Below the pieces are notes generated by a model that worked only from the letters and a program-made list of their open reading frames with translations, did no database searches and was not told the origin of the DNA. From Tagaea sp. (GTDB taxonomy: Bacteria; Pseudomonadota; Alphaproteobacteria; CACIAM-22H2): a stretch of DNA of 64,000 bases. This document shows, in pieces, positions 63,418 through 64,000 of this stretch (positions within the stretch are counted from its first letter, which is position 1; each line of letters begins with the position of its first letter). The stretch is from the NCBI GenBank assembly GCA_965279525.1, contig CBDIIB010000003.1, positions 96,001 to 160,000 on the forward strand. Reading direction: 5' to 3'. The position numbers and the translations under genes were made by a program.

Positions 63418-64000
63418 ATGAACCGGTTTTTCCTCTCCCGACTTTGGCTCGATGCTCTTGCGGCCGGCCTGCTGCTTGTCGGGTTCGCCTACTGGTGGCT
63501 GGGCAATCTGGTCCATGAGGTGGCGGGAACGGCGATGTTCGTGCTCCTCATCGCGCACAACTTCTTCAACCGGCGTTGGTACGGGGGGATCCCGGCAACG
63601 CGGCGCGAGCCCCGGAGCGTGTTCAATCTCGGCGTCACTTTCGTGCTGCTTGCCGCCATGCTGGCGCTGCTGGTCACGAGCGTGCTGATCTCGAACGTGC
63701 TGTCGACCTTTCTGCCGGCCTGGGGCGGCTTTACCGTGCGGCAGATCCATACCCTCGCCGCATACTGGGTGCTGGTGGTCGTGGCGGTCCATCTCGGCCT
63801 GCGCTGGCCGATGCTGATGGGCGTGGCGCGAAACCTGTTCGGAATCCGGAAGCCGAGCGCGTTGCGAACGTTCGTTCTACGCGCGATTGCGTTCGGGATT
63901 GCACTTCAGGGCATCTGGAGCGGGACCGTGCTCGGCCTCGGCGGGAAGCTCACCATGCGGATGACGTTGGACTGGTGGAACTTCGAGGAATCGGTCGCGG
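63418..64000 (+). CDS. DUF4405-like His-containing membrane protein (3'-truncated by window edge)
   Basis: Hand translation MNRFFLSRLWLDALAAGLLLVGFAYWWLGNLVHEVAG...IAHNFFNRRWY...RQIHTLAAYW....VAVHLGLRW. Four TM His residues as in heme-b binders. Confidence 0.75.
   Translation, partial: MNRFFLSRLWLDALAAGLLLVGFAYWWLGNLVHEVAGTAMFVLLIAHNFFNRRWYGGIPATRREPRSVFNLGVTFVLLAAMLALLVTSVLISNVLSTFLPAWGGFTVRQIHTLAAYWVLVVVAVHLGLRWPMLMGVARNLFGIRKPSALRTFVLRAIAFGIALQGIWSGTVLGLGGKLTMRMTLDWWNFEESVA

Noticed and set aside
1-64000. CRISPR arrays, IS elements, integrases, rRNA
   Set aside because: No regularly spaced repeats, transposase or recombinase motifs, or rRNA-like sequence were seen.

Overview
GC-rich bacterial DNA, probably alphaproteobacterial (inferred from gene content). 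It is almost entirely accessory catabolic genes; I found no rRNA, intact tRNA, CRISPR array, integrase or transposase. Five blocks: (1) 1-13.3 kb: Dpp/Opp-type ABC importer, aldehyde dehydrogenase, alpha/beta hydrolase, SnoaL-like protein, LysR, flavoprotein monooxygenase, beta-hydroxyacid dehydrogenase and a KstD-like flavoprotein. (2) 13.4-17.9 kb: extended SDR, LuxR-type regulator, fumarylacetoacetase, VOC protein and CMD protein. (3) 17.9-20.4 kb: a tRNA-3'-end-like fragment (possible att scar) next to a translationally coupled three-gene operon. Its first gene is a predicted membrane-anchored NERD nuclease; the operon is divergent from a controller-protein-like XRE gene across a perfect 18-bp palindrome. 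(4) 20.4-60.1 kb: a ~39-kb catabolic island with three xanthine-dehydrogenase-family Mo large subunits, two FAD and two 2Fe-2S subunits, CoxG, TcuAB, an amidase with a small AtzG/GatC-like partner, a PuuE-like deacetylase, two 2OG/Fe dioxygenases, two 4,5-dihydroxyphthalate-decarboxylase-like proteins, a FrsA/Pnh-like hydrolase, a CoA ligase, a thioesterase, and ABC and TAXI-TRAP transporters. Its intergenic regions share a recurring 18-bp pseudo-palindrome (TGTWCC-AAAATT-GGHACA) that suggests a single regulon. (5) 60.8-64 kb: a cassette of predicted exported proteins (hydrolase, CMD, cupin, cytochrome P460/c'-beta family) plus a DUF4405-like membrane protein. All family calls come from motif recognition by eye, not database searches, and substrates are unknown.
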